Shown here one piece after another: positions 33,695 through 44,276 of a DNA stretch of 44,276 nt. Below the pieces are notes generated by a model, which ran no database searches, had not been told where the DNA came from, and saw only the letters and a list, made by a program, of their open reading frames with translations. The stretch comes from Batkoa obscura (lineage: Eukaryota): positions 1 to 44,276 of the forward strand of contig JASVEC010000133.1 of assembly GCA_030770535.1 (NCBI GenBank), read 5' to 3'. The stretch's first letter is position 1. Each line of letters opens with the position of its first letter. The translations under genes and the position numbers were made by a program.

Positions 33695-33780
33695 TATAAA
33701 CTAGGACCTTTCAACTTACAACTAGTCAATCAAGTAAGAACTGTCTTTGAATTCAACCACTGAGTACTAGGTTTCACATA
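33695..33780 (+). repeat. Diverged third copy of the inner ~85 bp of the palindrome arm
   Basis: ataaactaggacctttcaacttacaactagtcaatcaagtaagaactgtctttgaattcaaccactgagtactaggtttcaca aligns with 34368-34451. Confidence 0.75.
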
Positions 33781-33994
33781 ATATGTTTCATATTCAATAA
33801 AAAAAGTTATATAACATATATTATAAATAAAAAATAATTTAATAAGTAATAATATTTAGCTTATAAATATATATAATATTAGTAATCATTTTAGAAAAAA
33901 TAAAATTAAAGACACAATAAATTATGAAAATTAATAATATAAATACAGCTAAACTAATAGTTGAAAATCTGGTTTTTTTATCTCATTGCAAGTA

Positions 33995-35062
33995 TGAAAT
34001 ATCGCTTTGTCAGTCCTATGGTTAATTATAACATAACAATCGCCTAAGCTGTTGTGTTCTCAAGTTCAGAGAAAATCAATCCCACGTCCTTAGTTTGATT
34101 TGGTGTGAGGATTTCTAGTTCCATCCCAAAGAACACCATCTTCTCATTTTGATATTTATACTTTTCAGAGTACAAAAGAGATTTTATAGTAGTTCGAGGC
34201 TTTTTAACTGAATTATTCCCTGATATCTCGAACATTTAATAAAGCCACTAAGTTTTCTTAATAGTATTTTACATAGATTTTACATTAGTATTGTCTATTA
34301 TATTTGTTTTACATGGCCTGTAGCCTATTATGTGGTATTCTTCATAATCCAAGTCTATCTTAGTCACATAAACTAAGACCTTTTGACTTATAGTGTAGTC
34401 AATCAAGCAATAGCTGTTCTTGACTCCAAACCATGAGTACCAGATTTCACAATAAGCTATAATTTTATTTTTTGATTTTTTAAGTTGTAGTCTTTTTGTG
34501 AAATCTGGTACTCATGGTTTGGAGTCAAGAACAGCTATTGCTTGATTGACTACACTATAAGTCAAAAGGTCTTAGTTTATGTGACTAAGATAGACTTGGA
34601 TTATGAAGAATACCACATAATAGGTTACTAGCTATATAAGACAAATATAATAGACAATACTAATGTAAAATCTATGTAAAATACTATTAAGAAAACTTAG
34701 TGGCTTTATTAAATGTTCGAGATATCAGGGAATAATTCAGTTAAAAAGCCTCGAACTATTATACTCTGTAAACTCTTTTATACTCTGAAAAGTATAAATA
34801 TCAAAATGAGAAGATAATATGGGGATGTATTTTTGTGTTTAACAATTTTACCAACAAATTTTCCGCTCAAATAGCGCTTAAAAAATGGAAAAAATAATGA
34901 AGTAAAAAAAAAACACTCCCATATTCTTTTGGATGGAGCTAGAAATTCTCATAACAAATCAAAATAAGAACATGGGATTGATTTCCTCTGAGCTCGAGAA
35001 CACAACAGCTTAGGCGATTGTTATGTTATAATTAACCATGGGACTGACAAAGCGATATTTCA
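33995..35062. repeat. Long palindrome: 458-bp left arm (33995-34452), 43-nt spacer, right arm 34496-35062 containing a MITE
   Basis: Base-by-base reverse complementarity, including perfect blocks 34191-34307 and 34324-34452. Confidence 0.96.
34817..34924 (+). mobile_element. MITE family copy inserted in the right arm of the palindrome
   Basis: ATAT-GGGGATG...ACACTCCC-ATAT; absent from the left arm. Confidence 0.95.
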
Positions 35063-35220
35063 CATTTTAGCCTATCTATATATTAATTCACCAAAATATC
35101 CTTTTTTTGTAGTTAATATTTAATAATTAATTTAACTATACTTTATATAATATAATTAATTTGGAGTTTTTTATTTTGATTTAATATAAAAATATCTATC
35201 ATTTAATTGCAAAAGACACT

Positions 35221-35324
35221 ATCTGAGGATAGATTTTTCTGTTTAAGAATTTTACTAACAATCTTTGTTTAAATAGTACTAAAAAATGGAAGAGGTAATG
35301 AAATCAAAAAAAACATCTCCAATA
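35221..35324 (+). mobile_element. MITE family copy (diverged)
   Basis: gaggatagatttttctgtttaagaattttactaacaat...aatgaaatcaaaaaaaacatctcc. Confidence 0.8.
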
Positions 35325-35537
35325 TATTAAACTAATTTACAAATTCAAATTATTTTTAAATTTAATATACGGCTTTTTTAACAGTATTTTTTAAAAACAA
35401 ATTATAGTTAAATAGCTCTGATAATATAATGTAACAAATTAAATAAAATGATTTTATTACATTAAAATTACTTATTTAAGTTATTTAATAACTTTTAAAC
35501 TTTTAAGTTTATGTTTTTTAATTGTTTTGATTTCGAT

Positions 35538-35643
35538 ATATGGAGATGTATTTTTTAATTTCATTATTTTTCCGTTTTTCAAACGCTATTTGAGTGGAAA
35601 GATTGTTAGTAAAATCCTTAGACAAAAAAATACATCCCCATAT
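35538..35643 (-). mobile_element. MITE family copy
   Basis: ATAT-GGAGATGTATTTTTT...AAAAAAATACATCCCC-ATAT. Confidence 0.9.
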
Positions 35644-35657
35644 TATATTAGTACCCT

Positions 35658-35743
35658 ATATGATGACTTTTATAAATTTTATTTTGATAAAGTTATATTT
35701 AAATAAAAATTGATAGCTTTTGTATAAAAATACAGCCCCATAA
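35658..35743 (-). mobile_element. Possible highly degenerate MITE copy
   Basis: Ends in aaaaattgatag...aaaaatacagccccat; the remainder is weak. Confidence 0.4.
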
Positions 35744-36091
35744 ATTCTAAATTTTGTATAGGTAAATTTAAAACTCGATTAAAACTAAAAGTAAAATTTT
35801 CCAATCTACTTTTTATATATATTTCCTATTATAGCGTAAAATTCAAAAAACTATTGAGTAAAACTGAACAAAAAAAGTTCCAACATAGGTTATTAAAATT
35901 AAACAAAATAGTAAATTAGACAAAATTTGAACCAAGCTTTTAAGTTAACCTATATAACAATTTTTTAACATTTGATGCTTTGCAGTAGTTTAATTATAGT
36001 ACATTTAGTTTAATAGCTCAAAATAATCCATTTTAGAAATGCTTACAAAATTTAAAGATAGTATAAAGCGCTTTTCATTATATATCTAGCT

Positions 36092-36154
36092 TTGTTATAG
36101 AACCCAGCTAAATTCAAAAGCGTTATTTTTGAATTTAGTTAGGTTCCATAATAA
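36092..36154. repeat. 28-bp-arm hairpin with 7-nt loop
   Basis: ttgttatagaacccagctaaattcaaaa-gcgttat-ttttgaatttagttaggttccataataa; four mismatches, all transitions. Confidence 0.75.
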
Positions 36155-37067
36155 TCTTAATATATTTGTCGATATTTGTTCAGTATAGCATTAAAGTAGT
36201 TTAACATTTGAAGCTCATTATACTATGGGGACTACTTTTTTTAAATATCAAGTTAGTTTAGAAAAACAAAGAGCTTATAAAAATGGCTTTATAATATACA
36301 CTCTACCATTAGCAGTAAAAAGTGATATATTATTAATAATATCTTTAATTCACAAAAATATTACAACGCATATATATGTATATATTAAATGAAATGTAAT
36401 ACTAAAAAGTAAAGTCCTAAACCATTAATTTGCACATATTAAAACCGGATTAAATAAATATAGGAGGGTGAGTTACTATTAATAGCAGTCGAAAAAGTTT
36501 TTAGTTACACAAGTACATAAATACACAAATAAAGTGATTAGTAGCCTTGGTACTAAAATGATCTAATTCAAAAGTGGGCACAATTGAAATATAGATCTAT
36601 ATGTACTTCAATGTGACCTTATATTACTTTAATCGGTGATAAATCATAAAGTCGAAAGTTACCAATTTGTAAGTGCATCAAGTTAACAAATTTAGTTTAA
36701 AGTATAAATGCTAATTATTAATTTTAATGTTACAAACAATTAGACTTCAACTTTGTTTTCTTTTTTAATCTTATTAATCTTATTAATCTTATTACCTTGA
36801 CAATAACACAATGGGGAGGTAAGGTAAACATAAAACATAGAGCACAAATAAAAGTGGGGAACAATAGATGTATCTTTTTATTATGTTATAACTTGGCTGA
36901 TTTAAAAAAAAAGGGAAATGGAAAAAGAGGATAAAAAAAATCAAAAAAAAGTATACTTTTAGATTTTGACCAAATTAGAATAATAAAATAATCAATATTT
37001 ATGAATCCCAAGTTGATTAATTATAAACTGAAAATTTGAATTATTAACAATGCCGCTGAACTCATTT

Positions 37068-38159
37068 CTACTCTGACTCAATAGCTTTAGCTTTAGCCTT
37101 GGCCTTGGTTTTAGATGCAATTAGTTCATATCGATACCAAGACTTATGTGGTGTGATCACTGGAATATGGTTTAAAAAGTAGTATCTTAATATTAACAGA
37201 TATGCTAGTTTACGTTCTATTATTGAACAATGTTTCAAGTTTAAACTTTCATTAGGTGTTAAGCCCAATCCTAATTGCATAGCTGCGTTCAATACTACAT
37301 TACATATACTATTTGGTATTAAACTTAAATTCAAGTATTTACTTATTAATATTGCTTGTATGGTATCGATACTATTTAACTGTTGAATATTTATCATTTT
37401 ATATATAGATTGTTGATACTCTTCAATTAACACATTGACAAGTTGTTTGTTCTTCTTATTCTTGTTATTTATCAATTTTAGTCCAGATATATAAATCATA
37501 GCCATTAACAAATTGCTGCGTTTTTTGTTAAAAAATTGGTTCTTAATAAACAACGGTAACTTAATATTGACTATATTAAAATAAACCTGGATTGAAGATG
37601 CTATTATGGATATATGCTCATCTGTATCTATTATCGATTCAATTCCTTTTAATATTGGAATCGGTCTGTATTCCTCTTTTATTACTGGCCTATCCAGTAA
37701 CTCATGTTTTATCATTCCGGTATGCCTTTTTTTTATACTCATACTATACCAAATTAGTTAGTAAACATAATTTAAAAATCAAAGTAAAAATTACCTATTG
37801 GTAATAACACTTAAACTATTTTTGTTACTCTTGTTATTCTTGTCACTTTTAGTATTACTCTTAGCATTAATTATAATGTTATTTCCATCCGAACTTTCAT
37901 TTTTGGTTTTCAGGGCTAATAGTTCTTTTTTTGATCTTCTTTTGCGAGTGGGTTGATTTGGTAGCCTCCCTAAAGGTAAAATGGCAACTCTATTTGAATA
38001 CAATTGCTTGGTTTGCTTTAATACTCTTAAATATGTACATGATAACCCTTTGTCTTGACACTGTTGACACTGTGGTATTTCTCTGTCACATTTTATCCTC
38101 TTATTGTGGCATTGATCACATACCTGTAAACTATAGTCTCCCTCTTTTAAAGTATTCAT
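37068..38159 (-). CDS. Zn(II)2Cys6 transcription factor, 2 exons, possibly C-terminally truncated
   Basis: CDQCHNKRIKCDREIPQCQQCQDKGLSC; intron 37744-37794 joins in frame to ORF 37068-37742 (YFNIVNIKLPLF...KKRSNLL). Confidence 0.85.
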
Positions 38160-39041
38160 TCTTTTCTAATTTATGAAAACAAAAGAAAAAAATAAGGAAT
38201 GTCTTTTTTTTATATTTTAACTTTGGTTACAGTGACTAGTAATAAACCAGTTGATTTCTTAACTTATTATTAAATTAAATTTCGCTTTCAATTGGATAAT
38301 AAGCTGATGATAAAATAATATTTTATTTCTATCTATTTGATTATAAATTATTCACTAATTCTTATAATTTAAGTTGAAATCAATCAAATAATACTATTGC
38401 TCGAGTTTCTTTTTTTCCCTTTCTTAATTAGTTGGCAAAATTGAGAAGCTTTACTTTTTTTAGCTTTCTATTTCTTACTGACTTCTTTTTATAATGAATT
38501 TTCATTCATATACTTTTATTGAAATAATACGGCAAAAATCTAGTCCTACATAATGAGTCCATATTCTTGTTTTATAACATTACATGGTAATTCTTCAATG
38601 ATTTCGCTTAATATACTTTAGTTTTAATAAAAGCAATTAAGCAAAACTAGTAATAAAGGAAGGTTATTACTATTTCAATTGATTTAGAGTATTATTACCA
38701 CTATCACACTTGCACCATTAAACTATAGGATAGTTTAATTTAAATATTTAACATTTATTATTTTTAGACTATCATAAACAAGTCAACTAAAATTTAAAAT
38801 GATAATAATTTATAACTAACTTTATTAAGATCATTTCTGTCATAAATGTGGAAGCCAAGTATTAGTTCTAATACTAGTTTTAACGTTAGTCTTAATATAT
38901 TATAAGTGACAGTCATTTATATCAATAAAATAGTATGTTTACCAGTAATTTTAAAAGAGCTTATTACTTTTCTAGACAAATGTATTTTTAACTTGATAAT
39001 TTATTAAAAATAACTATGAATATTATATCATTAATTGAACA

Positions 39042-39115
39042 TTATCTAGTATGTCCATTATATAAAATTATATTATTACAAATATTGTCTAGTATGCCCA
39101 GTATATAAAATTATA
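39042..39115. repeat. ~30-bp imperfect direct repeat
   Basis: ttatctagtatgtccattatataaaattata versus ttgtctagtatgcccagtatataaaattata. Confidence 0.65.
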
Positions 39116-42036
39116 CTGTTGATTTTTTTCAATGTAATAGCTAAAGAACTGTTTACCACTAAGAAATTTTACACCACTCAGGCGCAAATTTAACTACATT
39201 ATGCCTTAATTACTATGGCAGTACTTTTGTAAAAACGAGCTAAACCTAAAATTAGCCCCCATTTCTACTAAAAATGGAATAGAGGCAAGGATTTGCCTCT
39301 ATTTTTAAAGATATTTTCCACCACTTACTGTTTATTATTTTTTGTTTCGGGAGTATTTAAATTAAATATCAACATCATACACCGTTTTTTAAAAATCAAA
39401 TTAAAAATGGTGTTTTTATTTTTATTAAACAGACGGATTTGTACTCTTAAAGAATGACGAAAAATAAATATTTTAAAATATTGTGATTAAATGTGGAGAT
39501 TATCCATTGTCTAATAATATTGCTCACTTGATTCTTTCATAATTCTTTAGTGCCATCCAAATCAAGCAGTTTTTTATATTTTCTAGGCAGGATGCCGATA
39601 ACCTTATTCTTGATTATCTATCATAATTTTTTACTATACTCTCTCCTTACAAAATTTTTAAAGTAAAATAATACCCAGGATATAATAAGCATCCCACATT
39701 TAATTAAAAATTATTCTTTATGCTATATACATTAACAAATAAATAAAATGTTGTTTCCATTTAAATAAATAAACAGCTTAACTTGATTAATTATGGTAAA
39801 ATAATTAAAATTTAATATATAACAGCAGAGTTATGGTATAATAATTTTAAAAGTTTGATAAGGCATTACAAAAAACAAACGTGAAAAATGGGCCTACAAT
39901 GTGTATATTTAAAATAGGAGTAGTATAATCACATAGACAAGCCGTGTTCGCAAATTCCGGAATAACGGAACTTATCACCACCTTAAATCTAAGTTCTTAA
40001 AAGTAGTTTATTTTTCAAGACCCAATAGTTTTTAATTTATAAGTCAATTTGTAACATACAGTATGAAGCTATACTGCTACAGCATTATGTTAACAATTAA
40101 ATCACAATGCTATTTACAAATCGACTATATTATAAACTCTTTAATAAGACGATAAAAAATGTTTCATGACCATCGTGAATCGTATATTCCACCATACCTA
40201 CACGTTATCTTTTTATTATTCCATCACTAAAATAAATATTAATGGTGGTACAATTTAATTAATTATAAATGTAACAATTTTCCGCCCTTCATCATCATAG
40301 AATAAAATATTATCTTATCATTAACCAATAAAAAAGGTTCTTTAAAAATAAGGATATTTATGGATAGATGAAAACTTTATTTTTATTGACATGTGATTTT
40401 ATTTAAAGTTTGGCAAAACTTTTGCCACTTTTGTTTGGAGATAAATTTCCAAATAGTAATAAAATGTATCTTAAATGATCGATAAAGATGAGGGATTTAA
40501 GTAATAGTCTTATAATACATATCAATTTATGATTATCTTTTTACTAGGAAATTTCATGCTTGATTCATTGACTTTTTTTATGTTCCTATTTATCCTACTA
40601 TTGACCTCTTTTTCCTCTCTATTTTATTCCTTACAGCTGTTACAACTCTATTGTGACTTAAGCTACTGTGATTTTTACAAACAGCTATTTGTTATTAGAT
40701 TTCCTTGGTATAAATCTTTAAATTTGGTCTGAACTTAGACAATTCTATTCTTAAATGAACAGTTTATTAGGTCGCAATAGAGTTGGAGTAGCTGTATTTT
40801 ATTGAATTTAAAAGACTCACATTGTTTTTGTTAGAAATTACAACACTAAAGCCAAAAGATTTTAGCTAGAATGACTAATAAGTACTTCTAAACAGTCTAT
40901 ACCCTAAAGAAAGTATTAGCTTACATGCATATAGTTTTAGAAGAGACTATTTAATGTTAGTCTGCTGCATTCACTCAATGTTTAACCCTGGTGCCCTTAC
41001 GCTTCTTCTCATTTATGGTGATTTTCGGATAATCTTAACTAAAGAATAAAATACCTTACAGTAAGCCGAAGACCAAAATGGAATGTTTAACTAATAATGC
41101 GAGCAAAATGTAAACTAGATATAGATAGTAAAATGCTAAATATATAAAAAAATTAAATTTAATCTGACTTAATATAACAATATCCAAATTTAATTAACTA
41201 ATATATTTTAAACAATTTATAGTTAATTTTAACGACTTTTATTTGTTTGTAGAAGGGGATTACTACTTTTGTCAATTTTTGTTCTAATATTTAGTGCAAT
41301 AATTTTGCAATTAAAGATTTGAGAAATTTAATTTAATTTTTCAATAGTAAACTAATGCCATTAAAGACTTGCAGTATTTAAAAATATAAAGGGTATTAAA
41401 TAGAGCTTGAAAATAAATGAGCTTAATAGTATCCGAATTTTATTCACAGTTTTACTTGAGCTAATAGTTGAAATAATACTATTTTAATTATATCATGTAA
41501 AAGCCATTTTAAATAATTTGATCCCTAAGCCTTTGAGAATTTTGACTATAGGTTAACGTTTGATCTAACCCAATGAAAATAAAACAATATGTACTTGGGA
41601 AATTTTTAATTGAAAATTAGCTCAATTTGCTTCCATAACAATTTTTGCATTTTGTCAGACAATGGTGTTTTTGATTTATAAAAGTACTTTAGGACAAAAT
41701 ATACAATTTAAAGAATCTACTTTTATTAACAAAAATTCCTTTTGCAAAAAAAATTGGGACTATTTTTTAAATGCCCATTGTAGAATAAAAGTTCCCATCT
41801 AAAATAGTTAAGTTATTATCAAATATACTACATTCTAACATACCTACACTCATTTAGATTTATTGCAAAAGTTAATAAAATTTAAATATCATAAGTTTAA
41901 CAATTCAATGAAAAATCTTAATTTGCAGATGAAATTATTTAATTTTATTTATTAATCACAAAAACTATTATCATTAATTACAGCCAGGTAAAAAAAAGAT
42001 AAAAAAGACTAGAAATTAAAAATACAACGGAATAGA

Positions 42037-43050
42037 TTAAACGATATAACTATAAGTAGATTTAAACGACTCTGCTGCTTTGAAATAACCTCGATTTTTC
42101 GATTCATCAACAACCCAAGTTAATGGGGGTAAATATTTCCATTCATTTCCTTGTTTATACCATATATCCCCTTTAAAATCTTCCCTTTTAAAAGCAGCTA
42201 CACTAGGTTGTGGGCATGCAGAAGTTTCAGTAGTAGCAGAAGACGTGGTAGTAGAGGATGTAGTATCAGAAGTAGAAGTAGATGCTGAGCTAGTAGCGGT
42301 AGGAGTGACATCAGTAACAGAAATAGTAGAAGCAGAAGGAGATGGAGTGACGATAGTGACAGAAGTGGTAGAGCTAGTAGGAGTATTAGAGGTAGAAGAC
42401 GAAGGATTAGGAGTTGAAGTTGAAGTTGAAGTTGGAGTTGGAGCATTACTATTAGACTCACTAGAAGCTTGAGTTGGGTAAGCTGGGATCTCGTCATAAG
42501 TTGGATATTTGAAATTTTTATTAGCTTCTTTATCCTCATCATGACCAAACCAAATGGTAGTATAGCCACCTTTATGTCCTACACCACAAGCATTCCATTC
42601 TTTTTTCCAATCGCCCTCATTTAAAATCACTACACGATGACCCTTTGAATTCAAAAATCCATCAATTACAGATTTTGGGCCAATACCATAACCTTTACCA
42701 AAATAAGCTACTTCATAACCGTTGGATTGATAGTTACTAAATTGTTTTGGCTTTTCCCACATACATTTAGCTTGTCCATGGTCTTCAGTGTAACAACAAT
42801 TGGTATCACCAGTAGTATACCAGGAATGCATATTACAATATTTTTGTTTTATGTTATGGTGGCTATTTAAATCTTCAGCATGGAGTTGTGCTACTTTTGC
42901 TAAATTTGGACTATACTTAACTTCTTTTCCGCCTCTTGCTTTTACTAGTAACTTATAAACTTCTGATGAAAATTCTAACTCTTCCTTAGTTGCAGCACCG
43001 CTCACAACAAGTTGAAAGATAACCAATATTAAAACAAACAAATGTAGCAT
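42037..43050 (-). CDS. Secreted CAP/SCP-domain protein with Ser/Thr linker and aromatic C-terminal module (paralog 2)
   Basis: Signal peptide, LAKVAQLHAEDL, CNMHSW..CCYTEDHGQAKCMWEKP, GYEVA, FLNSKGHRVVILNEGDW and IWFG. Confidence 0.88.
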   Translation of the reverse strand: MLHLFVLILVIFQLVVSGAATKEELEFSSEVYKLLVKARGGKEVKYSPNLAKVAQLHAEDLNSHHNIKQKYCNMHSWYTTGDTNCCYTEDHGQAKCMWEKPKQFSNYQSNGYEVAYFGKGYGIGPKSVIDGFLNSKGHRVVILNEGDWKKEWNACGVGHKGGYTTIWFGHDEDKEANKNFKYPTYDEIPAYPTQASSESNSNAPTPTSTSTSTPNPSSSTSNTPTSSTTSVTIVTPSPSASTISVTDVTPTATSSASTSTSDTTSSTTTSSATTETSACPQPSVAAFKREDFKGDIWYKQGNEWKYLPPLTWVVDESKNRGYFKAAESFKSTYSYIV

Positions 43051-44276
43051 TTTGAATTGGATAACTTATCTAAAGCTTTCTAATTTCATTAAACTTTGTT
43101 TTCTAATTCTCTTTTTATATAGTTTTTATTGAAAGTTACCAACCCTCATTAATTGCCTCGAGTAACTTTGATTTCATTAATCTCTGCTATTTACTCGTAT
43201 CCGCTGTTTTGGTTTATTTCACTTATTTAGTCTGATTTACTTTAGTTGATATTTTCAAAAATTAAAAATGAGTTCACTATTAAGTTATTACTTATAGTAA
43301 ACTGTTTTCATAAAAATACATGATACACTTTCGCTTTACTTTTTTAAAAACCCTTGTTAACAGTTAATATTATTTATTTAACGAAGTCCCTGGTCTATTT
43401 TACATTTTAATTTTATCTTATCTTAGTTACCTATATTTTTATTCTAATGATCACCCTATTCTCGACTATTTACTTGGCTTCTTGTGTAATAAAAACAGCT
43501 CATCAATTATAACTTTGAACTTAAAAAGCAATAAAAAGTATATATTCAAGCTACTATTAAATTAATTGTGCTCAAAAGTTTATTATAATAAAGTTAAAAC
43601 TATTTATTATGCTTCTTATGCTGGCACCACTTAACAATTATTAATTAAAACATGTTGCTAATTTTTTGAATTGATGGTATATATTAAAAAATAGTAAACA
43701 AGTTAAAATTAAAATATGCTAAATAAAAAAATAATTAAAAAAGATGGATTTTTCAATACAAAAATGTCATTAATTTTTACATTTAACAAAATCTATAAAG
43801 AATTCTTATTTTTTTTTCTATAAGGTAACTGCTTGAAAATAATTGTTTTTTTGAATTCCTTTTATTTTTTTCAAAACTTTAAACTTTTATAATTTAAAAC
43901 CAAAATATTTATATTAACTACAACTAAAAAAACTAATGTTTTTCAATTATTTAACTTTGATTATTCTATTATTTATCCATTATATTAGAACTATAATATT
44001 CTTAACTTTAAAAATTAATAGTCTTATAAACATAATTTATATATAACGGATTTTTAGACAATGATTAATATAATCTTTTTTATAAAGCTAACTTTCAGAA
44101 TCTCACAAAAAACCTAGTACGTTATTTAGTTTCATTTTTATGTCAATTAAAAAAGGTGGCATTATAGAATTATTTATTAAAAGCACAATGTCATTTTACA
44201 CATATAACATATATCAATTAATATGATTTTAAAATTATATATTTTTTATTCGACAAATATCTAATAAGCCTTGAAT

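Noticed and set aside
29674..40732. Short stand-alone ORFs 29674-29862 and 40529-40732
   Set aside because: Under 70 aa, AT-driven composition, and no motifs or splice partners found.

Overview
Very AT-rich eukaryotic genomic DNA from a fungus: short 46-67 nt GT-AG introns, three Zn2Cys6 factors, HSP104 and BTN1. Composition and gene content suggest an early-diverging lineage such as Entomophthoromycotina (inference only). Genes in order: 5' part of PRP9/SF3A3 with a 1-nt frameshift, a cytochrome P450, COP9 signalosome subunit 1, a 4-exon I9 protease-inhibitor gene missed by the ORF track, HSP104, an F-box/LRR pseudogene, two paralogous secreted CAP proteins, BTN1/CLN3, three Zn2Cys6 regulators, an MFS sugar porter, a tail-anchored TPR protein, a Cys-rich putative GPI protein, a tail-anchored coiled-coil protein, COX12/COX6B and a small membrane protein. 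The most notable non-coding structure is a ~100-bp MITE family with about 17-18 copies, GRG...CYC-type termini and an inferred 4-bp A(A/T)AT target duplication. There is also a ~1.07-kb palindrome (33995-35062) with a mosaic of perfect and diverged blocks, one arm of which carries a MITE and so shows the empty and filled site side by side. The two CAP genes look like a bacterial-type subfamily (horizontal-transfer candidate) and share collinear upstream motifs. No rRNA, tRNA or CRISPR array was seen, and no clear-cut novel multi-gene system could be demonstrated from sequence alone.
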